Below are positions 1 to 9,624 of a stretch of DNA of 64,000 nt, piece after piece. The stretch spans positions 167,943 through 231,942 of the forward strand of contig CAVRJJ010000005.1 of the NCBI GenBank assembly GCA_963721685.1, in the 5' to 3' direction. A program made the position numbers and the translations under genes. The stretch comes from an uncultured bacterium. GTDB lineage: Bacteria > Patescibacteriota > Saccharimonadia > UBA4664 > SCTI01. The notes beneath the pieces were generated by a model that saw only the letters and a list, made by a program, of their open reading frames with translations, was not told the DNA's origin and searched no databases. Each line of letters starts with the position of its first letter. The first letter of the stretch is position 1.

Positions 1-874
1 TTCCTACAAATCATTTGACGCCGGGGTTGAAGCCACCACCCGAACCCTTGCCCAGGCTGACAAAGCCCCCATGGCAAAAGCCCTGCTAGACCCCAACACC
101 ACGGCGATACAGGTGGGTCACGCCGAGTCTTACCTGGGAACCAGCCGCTATCCCGGCACCACCATTTGGGCTGAAGCTGCCCACGACAACCCAGCAGCCT
201 ACGAATCAAAATGGAAAACCCTTATCCGGCAGGTCCGCACAAACTATAAAGATACGGCCGCTTTGGTAATTGGCACCACCGAGAAGGAGCTCATTACCGG
301 TAAGCGGGAGCCGGGGAAGCTTCAATTTGACGGAAGCGGCACGGTAGACGCCGATGACGACACCGCCAACGGTAAGTGCACCACGGAAACCGACCCCTCC
401 GCAGATGCCGCCGGTGTAGCCCAGATGGCCATTAAGCTTTCGTGGCCGGACGCCTCCCATGGCAGCACGCCCAACCAGGCATACCGAAATGCCTTCAACG
501 ACTTTAACCCGTCTGGCCCCGGTTACGATGATTGCGGCGCGTTTGTAGCCACGGTCATGAGGGCAAGCGGAGCCGACAAAAGCTACCCCCCGGGCGGCAC
601 CTCCAACCAAGAGGCATATGTGCGGGCGCATCCCGAAAAATACGATGTAAAGAACAGCGTTGAAAGCACCGCCGACCTTGAGCCGGGGGACATATTAATT
701 GTTAACCAGGGCAGCGGGCAGGGCGCCTCCGGCCACACACTTATTTACGTGGGGAAGCAAAAACCCAAAGGCTTTGATGCCGCCAGCGCCTCACTCAACT
801 CTCGCGCCGGAAACCTGGGACCCGTAACTTTATCCGATCACCGTGGAACCTATTTGCGGGCGAGGTTAAAATAA
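1..874 (+). CDS. NlpC/P60-CHAP-like amidase/peptidase domain protein (5' end probably outside window)
   Basis: C-terminal DCGAFV...LEPGDILI...GHTLIY Cys-His motif; frame is open upstream of the ATG at 71. Confidence 0.65.
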   Translation, partial: SYKSFDAGVEATTRTLAQADKAPMAKALLDPNTTAIQVGHAESYLGTSRYPGTTIWAEAAHDNPAAYESKWKTLIRQVRTNYKDTAALVIGTTEKELITGKREPGKLQFDGSGTVDADDDTANGKCTTETDPSADAAGVAQMAIKLSWPDASHGSTPNQAYRNAFNDFNPSGPGYDDCGAFVATVMRASGADKSYPPGGTSNQEAYVRAHPEKYDVKNSVESTADLEPGDILIVNQGSGQGASGHTLIYVGKQKPKGFDAASASLNSRAGNLGPVTLSDHRGTYLRARLK

Positions 875-878
875 CCAC

Positions 879-1517
879 ATGAACTTGCTTTACCAGCTGC
901 GCGTTCCCATGGCTTTTGCGTTAATTGCGGCGTTATTCTTCTTCCTGACTATTCAGGCTGGCCCGTCGTCACCCAAGGGCACCATAACAGCCGAGGTTGC
1001 CCCCGAAGGAGCCACCATAAGCATCGACGGCCGCGAAATGAGCAGTGAAGTCACGGTGGAAACCGGCGATCATACCGTTGAAGCTAAAATGGATGGATTC
1101 GCCACCCAGTCACAACAAGTTGATCTCAAAGAGGGCCAAACCCTAAAGGTTGGTTTCGTGCTAGAGTCCAACAGCCCCGAAACCGCCGACTGGTATACCG
1201 AGCACCCCGAAGACCAGCAATTAGCCGAGGTCATCCTTGGGCAACTGTCAGACTTTAACACCGAATCCGCGATCCAGACCAATCCTTTGCTACAGCAACT
1301 TCCTTACTCTTACTCTGACGGGAATAGCGGTTTTGTAAACATTGATCATGGCGTGCCGGTCAAAGGATCCAGCCAACCCGCCATCTACGTTTCAGCTCGA
1401 ACCCCTTTGGCCCGCCAGGAGGCGGTTGCCTGGATAAGAAGCCAGGGCTACGACCCCACCACAATGGACATCATATTTAAGGGCGAAGTAAACCCGTTTA
1501 GGGGCCAGACAAAATGA
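879..1517 (+). CDS. PEGA-domain membrane-anchored protein
   Basis: N-terminal TM helix then PEGATISIDG...GDHTVEAKMDGF PEGA signature. Confidence 0.75.
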   Translation: MNLLYQLRVPMAFALIAALFFFLTIQAGPSSPKGTITAEVAPEGATISIDGREMSSEVTVETGDHTVEAKMDGFATQSQQVDLKEGQTLKVGFVLESNSPETADWYTEHPEDQQLAEVILGQLSDFNTESAIQTNPLLQQLPYSYSDGNSGFVNIDHGVPVKGSSQPAIYVSARTPLARQEAVAWIRSQGYDPTTMDIIFKGEVNPFRGQTK

Positions 1518-2159
1518 TGGGGCTGAAGCGACTGCATTTATTTATTTTTGCCCTGGCTGCTGTGGCGGGCGCCGGTTTGGGCGCGTGGTACAACCATGCG
1601 CGCTCCTTTGGTGAGGTTTCCTTCAAAATTCCGGCGGGGGAACATGTTTTGGTTTACAAAGATGCTGGAGACGACAGCCCCTTTAGCGTTAGTTCGGCGG
1701 GAACACCAATTGCCACGGCCGGACCAAACGAAACAACCAAGCTATCGTGGGGGACTTACGCCGCCGTAGTGAGAGGACCCCGACGACACCTATGCCAGCC
1801 CGGTTAAAAAGTTTGTGGTTGACCGGTCCGTCGTAGTGGTGGAGCCAACCCTTACCCTTTCGGAAAAATCCCGTGCCCAGGCACTGTTACGGGAGCGCGG
1901 GGCCGCCAAGGCTATGCTCCAGGGCCGATACTCGCTATCCCAGCGCGGGTACGTTATTTCGGCCGACGGGCTTTTTGGGGCCGCCGAATGGTACGGGTGT
2001 GTTCTTAAACCGCAAAACGCTGCCCAAGACACCCTGCGGGTCATCCTTCAGAAAAAAAACGGTGGGTGGGTTGTGGCGGCCAAACCAGCCATCACCATTG
2101 GCGCCCCATCGCACCCAGACATTCCCTTTGATGTAGTGAGGCAGGTAAATGAGCTGTAG
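1514..2159 (+). pseudogene. Membrane-anchored hypothetical protein split by a +1 frameshift (or sequencing error)
   Basis: ORFs 1514-1807 and 1815-2159 join into one frame if one C is removed from the CCCC run near 1778; paralog-like to the upstream PEGA gene. Confidence 0.55.
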
Positions 2160-2169
2160 GTTTTTGCTT

Positions 2170-2427
2170 TTAACCTATGCGCACAACCAGCCGCGACACC
2201 CCCATTTTTGCCAGGCCGTCCAAGAGCTCTACCTGGCCCAGCCGCAGTTCGCTAGCTAAGCTGGCGCTGGCAGTGGTTATCTTAAGAACACCTTCATTAA
2301 GACTGGTGGCGCGACACTGCCCGGCGTAGCGCCCATCAAGATAGCGCTGGATTTCACTTAGTTGGCTGGCCCGCTCAAGCCCAAGTTCATGTGCCCGCTT
2401 CTTTAAATAATCCCGCATGCTATCCAC
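2170..2427 (-). CDS. DUF721/DciA-like protein
   Basis: Small ORF downstream of recF; GVLKITTASASLASELRL motif typical of DUF721. Confidence 0.7.
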   Translation of the reverse strand: MDSMRDYLKKRAHELGLERASQLSEIQRYLDGRYAGQCRATSLNEGVLKITTASASLASELRLGQVELLDGLAKMGVSRLVVRIG

Positions 2428-3490
2428 GGCTTACCTCGTTAGTAAAAAGCGTGGCGTGGCTCGTAGTCAGCTCCTTAGAAACATCGGCATTGGTCGTGGT
2501 TATAACGGCCTGATAGTCGCCCAGGGTCTTAAGAAGGTGGCGGCGGCGGAAATCATCCAGTTCGCTAAACACATCATCTAGGAGTAAAAGCGGCTTGGCT
2601 CCGGTTTGATCCTTAATATAGGCCAGCTCGGCTAGTTTAAGCGACATTACCACGGTGCGCATTTCTCCACGGGAGGCCACGGCAGTAATGGGCGCGCCTT
2701 TAAAACTAATTGCCACGTCGTCGCGATGGGGGCCGATTGTCGTAAAACCGGCAGCCACATCACGAGCCTGGTTGGCTTCGAGCATCCGAATAAAGGCCGA
2801 GGGGTAGTCATCCTCCTCGCAGACTCCGCGATAGAGGAGGCCCAGATTCTCCCGCTCGCCCGAAATAGCCCCATAGGTGTCGGCGGCCAGGCGATTAACG
2901 TGACCCACTACCGCCCGACGCATTATGTTGATTTCGGCCGCGGCCTGGGCAAGCTGGACGTTCCAGGCAAACAACTCCGAGGTGTTGCCTTGCCATGCGC
3001 TTAGTAAAAAATTTCGCTGCTGCAGTATCCGCCGATACTGGTTGAGGATTTTCGCGTAGCGTTTGTCGGTTTGGGTTAGCACAAAGTCCAGATACCGGCG
3101 GCGGCGGTCGGGGCCGCCGGTAATCAACAGGAGGTCGCCAGGCTCAAATAGCACCACCCGAACCGTGCCCAGGTGTTCGATAAGGCTTTTGGCCACCCCT
3201 CCGTGACGCGCCCGTTTTTCGGTGCCCTTCTCGCTGGCCTGATAGCCCATTGTTAGTTCAGTCGTGTCGTCTAGGCTTGCCGCCACCCGATAAAAGGACT
3301 CCCCGTGGCGAATCAACTCGCCGTCTTTGGCTCGGAAAGATTTGGTAGTTGCAAGCACAAAGAGACCCTCAAGCAAATTGGTCTTCCCGGTAGCGTTTGG
3401 TCCAACAATTAAGGTAGCGTTTGGATCTAGGCGCACGGTGTGGTCGGCGTAAGAGCGGAAGTTGGTAAGGGTTAGTTGGGTGAGGCTCAT
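2420..3490 (-). CDS. recF: DNA replication/repair protein RecF
   Basis: NFRSY, Walker A GPNATGKTN, GPHRDD, SRGE, LLLDDVFSELD. Confidence 0.97.
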   Translation of the reverse strand: MSLTQLTLTNFRSYADHTVRLDPNATLIVGPNATGKTNLLEGLFVLATTKSFRAKDGELIRHGESFYRVAASLDDTTELTMGYQASEKGTEKRARHGGVAKSLIEHLGTVRVVLFEPGDLLLITGGPDRRRRYLDFVLTQTDKRYAKILNQYRRILQQRNFLLSAWQGNTSELFAWNVQLAQAAAEINIMRRAVVGHVNRLAADTYGAISGERENLGLLYRGVCEEDDYPSAFIRMLEANQARDVAAGFTTIGPHRDDVAISFKGAPITAVASRGEMRTVVMSLKLAELAYIKDQTGAKPLLLLDDVFSELDDFRRRHLLKTLGDYQAVITTTNADVSKELTTSHATLFTNEVSRG

Positions 3491-3611
3491 TATTTACAGT
3501 ATAGCCCTCGCGGCCTTGGGCGCGCCGTGGTAGAGCTTTTATGGCATGTCGGCAGCCGGCACGAGCCATGATGACCATGCTCAGAAAAGTTGCTACCCGG
3601 TAAGCCCGGCC

Positions 3612-4721
3612 TTATGTTCGCAACGGCATAATAATGTGTACGTAATCATCGGTGTCGTCTTCGTGGAGCGGGCGCAAGGCACAAGGGTTAAGCTTGCCAC
3701 TCATGGCAAAGGAAATTTGCTTGGTCTTAATGGCCGCCAGGGCGTCGCTTAAATAGCGGGCATTAAGTGAGATCTCGCCATCATCGCCCGCAACCTCGCA
3801 TTCGGCGCTAGAAGTATTTTCTCCCACCTGGGAGGCTGAAGACATTATACGGATTTCGCCTTCAGCTTGAACTTCAACCCGAATGCTTCCGGCGTTTTCC
3901 CGCGCAAACAAGCTGGCCATTTTGGTGAGCCGCGCCAGCTCGGCGGTATCAAGGGTGGCAACTGTTTTTTCCTCTTGGGGAATAATTTGGCGGTAGTTGG
4001 GAAATTGCCCCTCAATGAGCCGGGATACAATCTCAATATTATCCAGCTGGAACATAACTTGGTTGTCGGCCAGGAAAACCCGCACTTCGCCGTCATTATC
4101 TGCTAAAATGCGCGCCAACTCCTGCATAGTACGCGCCGGAACGATAGCCTCGAGCTCAGCTGCTTTGGAGGATGCCAGGGGAATGTGGCGTTCTGCCAAC
4201 CGGTAGCTGTCGGTAGCGACTAAAATTAGGTTGCCTTCCTCGATGTACATGTACACACCGGCTAAAACCGGCCGGTTTTCATCAGGAGATGCCGCCACAA
4301 CAACTTCAGCGATGGCCTCTCTAAATTCGGCTGCCGGCAATACCACGGACGGGTCGGCCTTAACCTCTGGAATTAAAGGGAATTCATCAGCAGAAATACC
4401 GTTTATGTGAGATTCGTAGTGCGGGGTTGTGATGGTAAGGTTGGTTTCACTGGCACTTATTTCCAGCTTGCCGCTTGGTAGGTTGGAAACAAACTCGCTT
4501 AATAGGCGGGCCGGAGAGGTAACCGCACCTTCCTGGGTAACCTTACAACCAATCCAACAGGTAACTCCTATTTCTAGGTTGGTCGCTGAAAGACGCAGCC
4601 GATTGGTGTCGGTGCTTAATAGTATATTACTTAAAACCGGAAGACTGCTACGACTACTCACCACTCGTCCAACAGTTCCCAAGGCTTTATGAAAGTTTTC
4701 CTGGGTAACGCTGAGTTTCAT
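3612..4721 (-). CDS. dnaN: DNA polymerase III beta clamp
   Basis: SATNLEIG, ATDSYRLA, SRLIEGQFPNY, C-terminal IMPLR; position after dnaA. Confidence 0.97.
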   Translation of the reverse strand: MKLSVTQENFHKALGTVGRVVSSRSSLPVLSNILLSTDTNRLRLSATNLEIGVTCWIGCKVTQEGAVTSPARLLSEFVSNLPSGKLEISASETNLTITTPHYESHINGISADEFPLIPEVKADPSVVLPAAEFREAIAEVVVAASPDENRPVLAGVYMYIEEGNLILVATDSYRLAERHIPLASSKAAELEAIVPARTMQELARILADNDGEVRVFLADNQVMFQLDNIEIVSRLIEGQFPNYRQIIPQEEKTVATLDTAELARLTKMASLFARENAGSIRVEVQAEGEIRIMSSASQVGENTSSAECEVAGDDGEISLNARYLSDALAAIKTKQISFAMSGKLNPCALRPLHEDDTDDYVHIIMPLRT

Positions 4722-4744
4722 TCTTTCCACATCCTTTTGTTGTT

Positions 4745-4985
4745 CCTAAGTATAACTTAAAAATCATTAAATTAAACAAGGGCTAGTCTTAGGGGGAGTG
4801 GACAGTGGGCATAACTTTGGAATTTTACCTGCCCGGACGCTTAATACTAATGCTTTCCATGTGGGTAAATACGCTTATGGTTGTTATAAAAAAGGGGATG
4901 AAAGGGGACTTAAAATATTTGGCCTGAGCATAACCATTAAGAGTTTGTGTATAAGCGGCGGAAAGCTTTAGTTGTTTCCACACAA
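4745..4985. promoter_or_regulatory. Probable oriC (dnaA-dnaN intergenic): DnaA boxes and AT-rich unwinding segment
   Basis: Minus-strand DnaA-box-like nonamers TTATACACA (4946-4954), TTACCCACA (4860-4868), TTATGCCCA and CTGTCCACT (about 4797-4814); AT-rich stretch about 4750-4778. Confidence 0.75.
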
Positions 4986-6407
4986 TTATCGGCCGATTTG
5001 TTCCTTAATTTGGTTGATTTCGCTACGCAGCTTAGAGTCTACTTCAATTAATTTTTCAATTTTAGTGACGGAATGCATTGCGGTAGTGTGGTCGCGGCCG
5101 CCAACTGTCGAAGCGATTTTGGGGAAACTCAACTCTAGCTCTTCACGCATAAGGTACATGCTGATTTGCCGCGGGACTACGATGTCGCGGTCGCGCTTGG
5201 TGCCGGTAATATCGGTGGGCAGCAGATCAAAAAAAGCAGCGGTCTTTTCAATAATTAAGCGCGGAGTGACGTGTCTTTGGCGGCGCGACCCAGAGCTAGG
5301 CCCATTAAGTTCTTGGGCAACATTTACGCTTGGCGCGATGCCGCGCACCTCGCAGTAAGCCATGAGTTGAGTCAACGCTCCCTCTAGCTCGCGAATATTG
5401 TGCTGGAACTTGTGGGCTAGAAATTCAACGATTTCAAACGACAAGCTTGTTCCTTGTGCCAGGGCTTTGCGCTGGATGATGGCGGCGCGGGTTTCTAGGT
5501 CGGGGCGCTGAACATCGGCGGCCATTCCCATTTCGAAACGGCTACGAAGACGGTCCTCAAGGTGGGGAATTGCCTTCGGCGGCTTATCGCTGGACATTAT
5601 TATCTGCTTATTTGACTGATGAAGGGTGTTAAAGGTGTGGAAGAATTCTTCCTGAGTTTTTTCTTTGTTTCCTAAAAACTGGATATCATCAACTATGAGG
5701 ACGTCGAGGTTTCGGTAGAGGTCGGCGAAACTCCGGGTTTTTTTGGTTTGAATGCTGTGTAGAAACTCGTTGGTAAACTGTTCGCTCGTGACATAGCGGA
5801 CACGCTTAGATGGGTCGCCGCGCAAAATCTCATTGCCCACCGCCTGCATGAGGTGGGTTTTGCCCAGGCCGACGCCGCCGTAAATAAAAAGCGGGCTATA
5901 TTTTTCGCCGGGATACTTGGCGACAGCTTGGCAGGCGGCATAGGCTAGTTCGTTGCTGGAGCCAACAACGTAATTGTCAAAAGTATAGCGCGGGTTTAAA
6001 AGTGGGGTTGAGGCGGCCCGGCGATCGGGCTCAGCGCTCCGAAACTCCGCGCCGGTTTTAGCGGTGGCGTGTGTGCCAAGGGCTACAACAGGACGAGCGA
6101 AGCTCCCGCTGGCACCGGTGCCAGGACTAATAAACGAGTCCCTGGTGGGCTCGGCCGCAGCCCGAGTAACCACCCGGTACTCAATTGACGTTACGGTGGG
6201 GTCCATACGGGCCACCGTTTTAAAAATTTCATCAAAGCATTTTTCTTCCAGCCAGCGTTTTGTATAAATATTAGGAACGCTCACTATAACGTGGCCATCC
6301 TCGCGCCCAATAATTGAGGTATTGCGCAGCCAGGTGTTGAAGTTGCCGGTGCTCATGGTTAGTTCCAGCTCACCCAATAATCCCTGCCATAGCTTGCGCG
6401 AATCCAT
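4986..6407 (-). CDS. dnaA: Chromosomal replication initiator DnaA
   Basis: LNPRYTFDNYVVG, GGVGLGKTHL, LIVDDIQF, GGRDHTT; likely start MDSRK at 6407 with GAGGT upstream. Confidence 0.98.
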   Translation of the reverse strand: MDSRKLWQGLLGELELTMSTGNFNTWLRNTSIIGREDGHVIVSVPNIYTKRWLEEKCFDEIFKTVARMDPTVTSIEYRVVTRAAAEPTRDSFISPGTGASGSFARPVVALGTHATAKTGAEFRSAEPDRRAASTPLLNPRYTFDNYVVGSSNELAYAACQAVAKYPGEKYSPLFIYGGVGLGKTHLMQAVGNEILRGDPSKRVRYVTSEQFTNEFLHSIQTKKTRSFADLYRNLDVLIVDDIQFLGNKEKTQEEFFHTFNTLHQSNKQIIMSSDKPPKAIPHLEDRLRSRFEMGMAADVQRPDLETRAAIIQRKALAQGTSLSFEIVEFLAHKFQHNIRELEGALTQLMAYCEVRGIAPSVNVAQELNGPSSGSRRQRHVTPRLIIEKTAAFFDLLPTDITGTKRDRDIVVPRQISMYLMREELELSFPKIASTVGGRDHTTAMHSVTKIEKLIEVDSKLRSEINQIKEQIGR

Positions 6408-6456
6408 AGACCTCAACTTTGTTTTAATAGCCATATAATCATAACCAGAATTAAGA

Positions 6457-6494
6457 TTGTCCACAACCGCTTTTGCACGCCAAACTTATCCACA
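6457..6494 (+). promoter_or_regulatory. DnaA boxes upstream of dnaA
   Basis: Perfect TTATCCACA at 6486-6494 and TTGTCCACA at 6457-6465. Confidence 0.8.
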
Positions 6495-6618
6495 GGCGGA
6501 AACGTCTAAGATCTAGGTTGGTGTAAAACTTCCTACTTTTTGGGGAAAAGAAAATGAAGAAAAAATTTTGTTCAAGCCCACCGCCAAATTCATGGCAGCT
6601 AGTGAGCTATGCGGGAAA

Positions 6619-6647
6619 TTGACGCTGGCGCAGGATTGACGTATGAT
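6619..6647 (+). promoter_or_regulatory. sigma70 promoter of rpmH operon
   Basis: TTGACG-N17-TATGAT, 7 nt before the rpmH ATG. Confidence 0.7.
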
Positions 6648-6654
6648 ATAGCCC

Positions 6655-6792
6655 ATGCCGAAACGAACGTACCAGCCAAAGAAAAAGCGACGAATGCGCG
6701 TACACGGGTTCCTCCAAAGGATGAGCACGCGCGCTGGTCGGCTGGTGCTAAAGCGCCGCCGCCTTAAAGGGCGAAAGCAGCTAAGCGTTTAA
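6655..6792 (+). CDS. rpmH: 50S ribosomal protein L34 (not in ORF track)
   Basis: Manual translation [45 protein letters not shown]. Confidence 0.97.
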   Translation: MPKRTYQPKKKRRMRVHGFLQRMSTRAGRLVLKRRRLKGRKQLSV

Positions 6793-6801
6793 CGCGAATT
6801 C

Positions 6802-7149
6802 ATGCTAGCCAGCCGCAACCGTCTTAAGCAACCGCGGGCAATTGCCCGGGTGTTTAGACAGGGGCGGCAGGGCTCAAGCGGAAACATAAGGCTGAAGGCC
6901 TCCATCAACGGCACCCAAGAAAGCCGGGTGGTGGTAGTGGTTAGCAAAAAAGTTTCTAAGCGGGCAGTGGTGCGCAATCGTATCCGCCGCCGGGTTGGCG
7001 CTCTTGTGGCCGAACGCTGGGCGACAGTACCATCTGGATACGATATAGTTATAGTAGTTCACGGCGACATCGCCGAAGCTCCGGCCGCTGAACTAGCTAA
7101 GCAACTTGCCGAAGCAGTCGAACGAACCAAAATGATAACGGTGTCTTAA
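6802..7149 (+). CDS. rnpA: Ribonuclease P protein component
   Basis: VSKKVSKRAVVRNRIRR RNR motif; follows rpmH. Confidence 0.95.
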   Translation: MLASRNRLKQPRAIARVFRQGRQGSSGNIRLKASINGTQESRVVVVVSKKVSKRAVVRNRIRRRVGALVAERWATVPSGYDIVIVVHGDIAEAPAAELAKQLAEAVERTKMITVS

Positions 7150-7152
7150 TCT

Positions 7153-8032
7153 ATGTTTACCACGATCTTTGTCGAACCATTATTCAATGTCTTGTTTGTG
7201 TTATACGCGCTGGTACCGGGACATGACTTTGGTGTGGCGGTTATCCTGCTGACTATTTTGGTGCGTATGGCGTTATGGCCGCTGGTAACAAAGCAACTAC
7301 ATTCCCAGCGCGTGTTGCAAAAACTTCAGCCCGAAGTGGCGAAGGTGCGCGCGGCGGCCGGGGGCGATCGTCAAAAAGAAAGTAAAATGTTGATGGAGCT
7401 CTATAAAGAAAAAGGCACCAACCCCTTCGCCTCCATCTTGCCGTTGCTGGTACAGCTCCCAATCTTTTTCGCCCTCTATATTGTTTTGCGGGACGCCGTT
7501 AGACCAGATGAAATTGCTAAGCTGAGCTATGGGTTCGTCCAGCACCTGGGCCCAGTGGCGGACATTATTAGCGAAAAGGTTAGTTTTCATCCTTCACTTT
7601 TTGGGCTTAATCGACCTAACTAAGCCGCACTTGGGCGTAGCCATATTGGCAGGGCTTGCCCAGTTTTACCAGGCCCGGCAGTTGCTGCCGCAAACAATGG
7701 CGGCAGGCGGCGACCAGGCCAAGCTAATGAGGAACATGACCTATATCTTCCCGTTTTTAACTGCCGGCATTGGCATGACCCTTCCGTCCGCACTAGCTCT
7801 ATATTGGTTGTTTACCAGCCTGGTAGCTGCCTTCCAGCAGTATTGGGTTTTGCTGCGCGATGCTGAAGAGCTTGAGGCCATCGAGGATAAAATTCATCCG
7901 CCGGCCGCTTCTAAAAAAACTTCTCCAAGCAAACCAACCCTAAGTAAAGCGCAACGTAAGGCCGTCGCCCGCAAGGCCAACCCGAAAAGTAAGGGGAAGG
8001 TTTCTAAGGCGCCCGGGAGTAAGGCGGAATGA
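7153..8032 (+). CDS. yidC: Membrane protein insertase YidC (apparent +1 frameshift near 7600)
   Basis: AVILLTILVRMALWPL, LYKEKGTNP, QLPIF in the first frame; LPSALALYW in the second frame; frames join at TTTTTGGG. Confidence 0.9.
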
Positions 8033-8487
8033 ACGAGGAGTTGGTTGAGTCCGCTAAGCGGCAGCTGAGCGATTTATTAAGTTTTTTTGAGCTCAACACT
8101 GCCGTGGATGCCAGTTCAACCGAGGACACTATAATGCTTTCGGTTGATACCGATGACGGCGGCCGGCTCATCGGGCACCGCGGCGAAACCCTAGCAGCTC
8201 TCCAGCATATTATGAACATGCTCGTGCGCCGCCAAACCACCGAGCGGGTTTATGTCCATGTTGATATTGGCGGCTACCGCCAAGCCCGGCTGGAGAAGCT
8301 GGAAGAGCAGGCTCGCGAAGCGGCCGATAAAGTAAGGGCAGGGGGAGAGGGGGTTGCGCTAACGATGATGAGCCCCTCGGAGCGCCGCCACATCCACGCC
8401 ATGCTTACCGAAGTTGAGGGGGTAAGGTCAGAAAGCCGGGGCGAGGGAAACCAACGGCGTCTCATTGTTTTAAGGGACGAGAGCTAG
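8029..8487 (+). CDS. jag: Jag/EloR/KhpB KH-R3H RNA-binding protein (short, no Jag_N domain)
   Basis: LIGHRGETLAALQ KH motif, ERRHIH R3H motif. Confidence 0.9.
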   Translation: MNEELVESAKRQLSDLLSFFELNTAVDASSTEDTIMLSVDTDDGGRLIGHRGETLAALQHIMNMLVRRQTTERVYVHVDIGGYRQARLEKLEEQAREAADKVRAGGEGVALTMMSPSERRHIHAMLTEVEGVRSESRGEGNQRRLIVLRDES

Positions 8488-8512
8488 TCTTCGTCGGTAG
8501 CGCCCACCGCCA

Positions 8513-9610
8513 TTATTTGCTAAGCGCTTTCATATAAACCTCCCGGGTTTGTTGTGCCATGCGCTCCCATGAAAAAAGTTTTACATGAACAAGGCCGGCT
8601 TGGCGAAGTTCAGCTAGCCTTCGCGGGCTATCGAGTACGTCGGAAATAACCCGGGCAATATTGTCGGTGTCGTTGGGATCAAAGTAGACGGCGGCCTCTC
8701 CCAATACTTCGGGCAGGCAGCTGGCTTTGGCGGCCGCCACCGGCAGCCCATAGCTCATGGCTTCAAGCGGCGGCAGGCCGAAGCCTTCGGACAAGGAAGG
8801 AAAGACATACAGGGTGGCGTTGCGGTAGTGGTTTGCCAGTTCGTTATCGCTGACAAATCCGGTCAAGGACAGGCTGTCGGCCACGCCCAGTTTGGCGGCA
8901 AGCTTTTTTAGGCTGGCCCCAAACACATCTTCTTTACCCACAATTATTAACTTAAGGCCGGGCCGGGCGACGGTAAGCGCCGGCAAGGCCATTACTAGCC
9001 GCTCGAGGTTTTTATAGGGATAAAGGTTGCCCACATACAAAAGGGTTTGGTCTTTCCGCTCGTGCTTTTTCGCCCCCCGGGGCAACTCCGGGGCGCCATG
9101 GTGGATGGCGGTTATTTTTGAGCTTGGGGCGTAACCGCGCTTAACTAGCTCCCGTTTAGTGTATTCGGCGGGCGTTATGATGGCCTTTGAGGTGTGGATT
9201 ATACGCTTAAGGATATAGCGCATGGCCCAGTATTTTAGCCCATAAAGCAAGGTCCTTATTCCGCCCCGGCGATTCTTGTAGTCGACGAGGGTGAGGTCGT
9301 GAATGGTTGTTACGTGGGCACCCCGGTAGAGGACGGGCGCGTTAAAGCTCAGAAAATGCACCAAATCCGGTTTCAACCGGTGAAGCAGCGCTGCCAGCCG
9401 GATCTGTTCCCCCAGAGAGTAGGGCTTAATAGCGGTTTTTATCCGCAAAAAGTTTGAGCGCTTCGGTTCCCACTTCGACCAATCGCTAGGAGCCACCAAT
9501 ACCATGTACTGGTTTTCACGGTCAATGACTTGCAGGTGGTCCAGCAGGCCTCTGGCATACCGCCCAATGCCAGTCCACGAAAGCGCGCGAGCATCAATGA
9601 CTATAATCAT
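8513..9610 (-). CDS. GT4 glycosyltransferase
   Basis: TGIGRY, TIHDL, EGFGLPPLEAM. Confidence 0.9.
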   Translation of the reverse strand: MIIVIDARALSWTGIGRYARGLLDHLQVIDRENQYMVLVAPSDWSKWEPKRSNFLRIKTAIKPYSLGEQIRLAALLHRLKPDLVHFLSFNAPVLYRGAHVTTIHDLTLVDYKNRRGGIRTLLYGLKYWAMRYILKRIIHTSKAIITPAEYTKRELVKRGYAPSSKITAIHHGAPELPRGAKKHERKDQTLLYVGNLYPYKNLERLVMALPALTVARPGLKLIIVGKEDVFGASLKKLAAKLGVADSLSLTGFVSDNELANHYRNATLYVFPSLSEGFGLPPLEAMSYGLPVAAAKASCLPEVLGEAAVYFDPNDTDNIARVISDVLDSPRRLAELRQAGLVHVKLFSWERMAQQTREVYMKALSK

Positions 9611-9624
9611 ATAGGCATTATAGG

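Noticed and set aside
7590-7625. Programmed frameshift or phase variation in yidC (also single-base shifts near 1778 and 35030)
   Set aside because: All occur at short homopolymers and yidC is normally essential; sequencing or assembly indels are more parsimonious. Read mapping would settle it.
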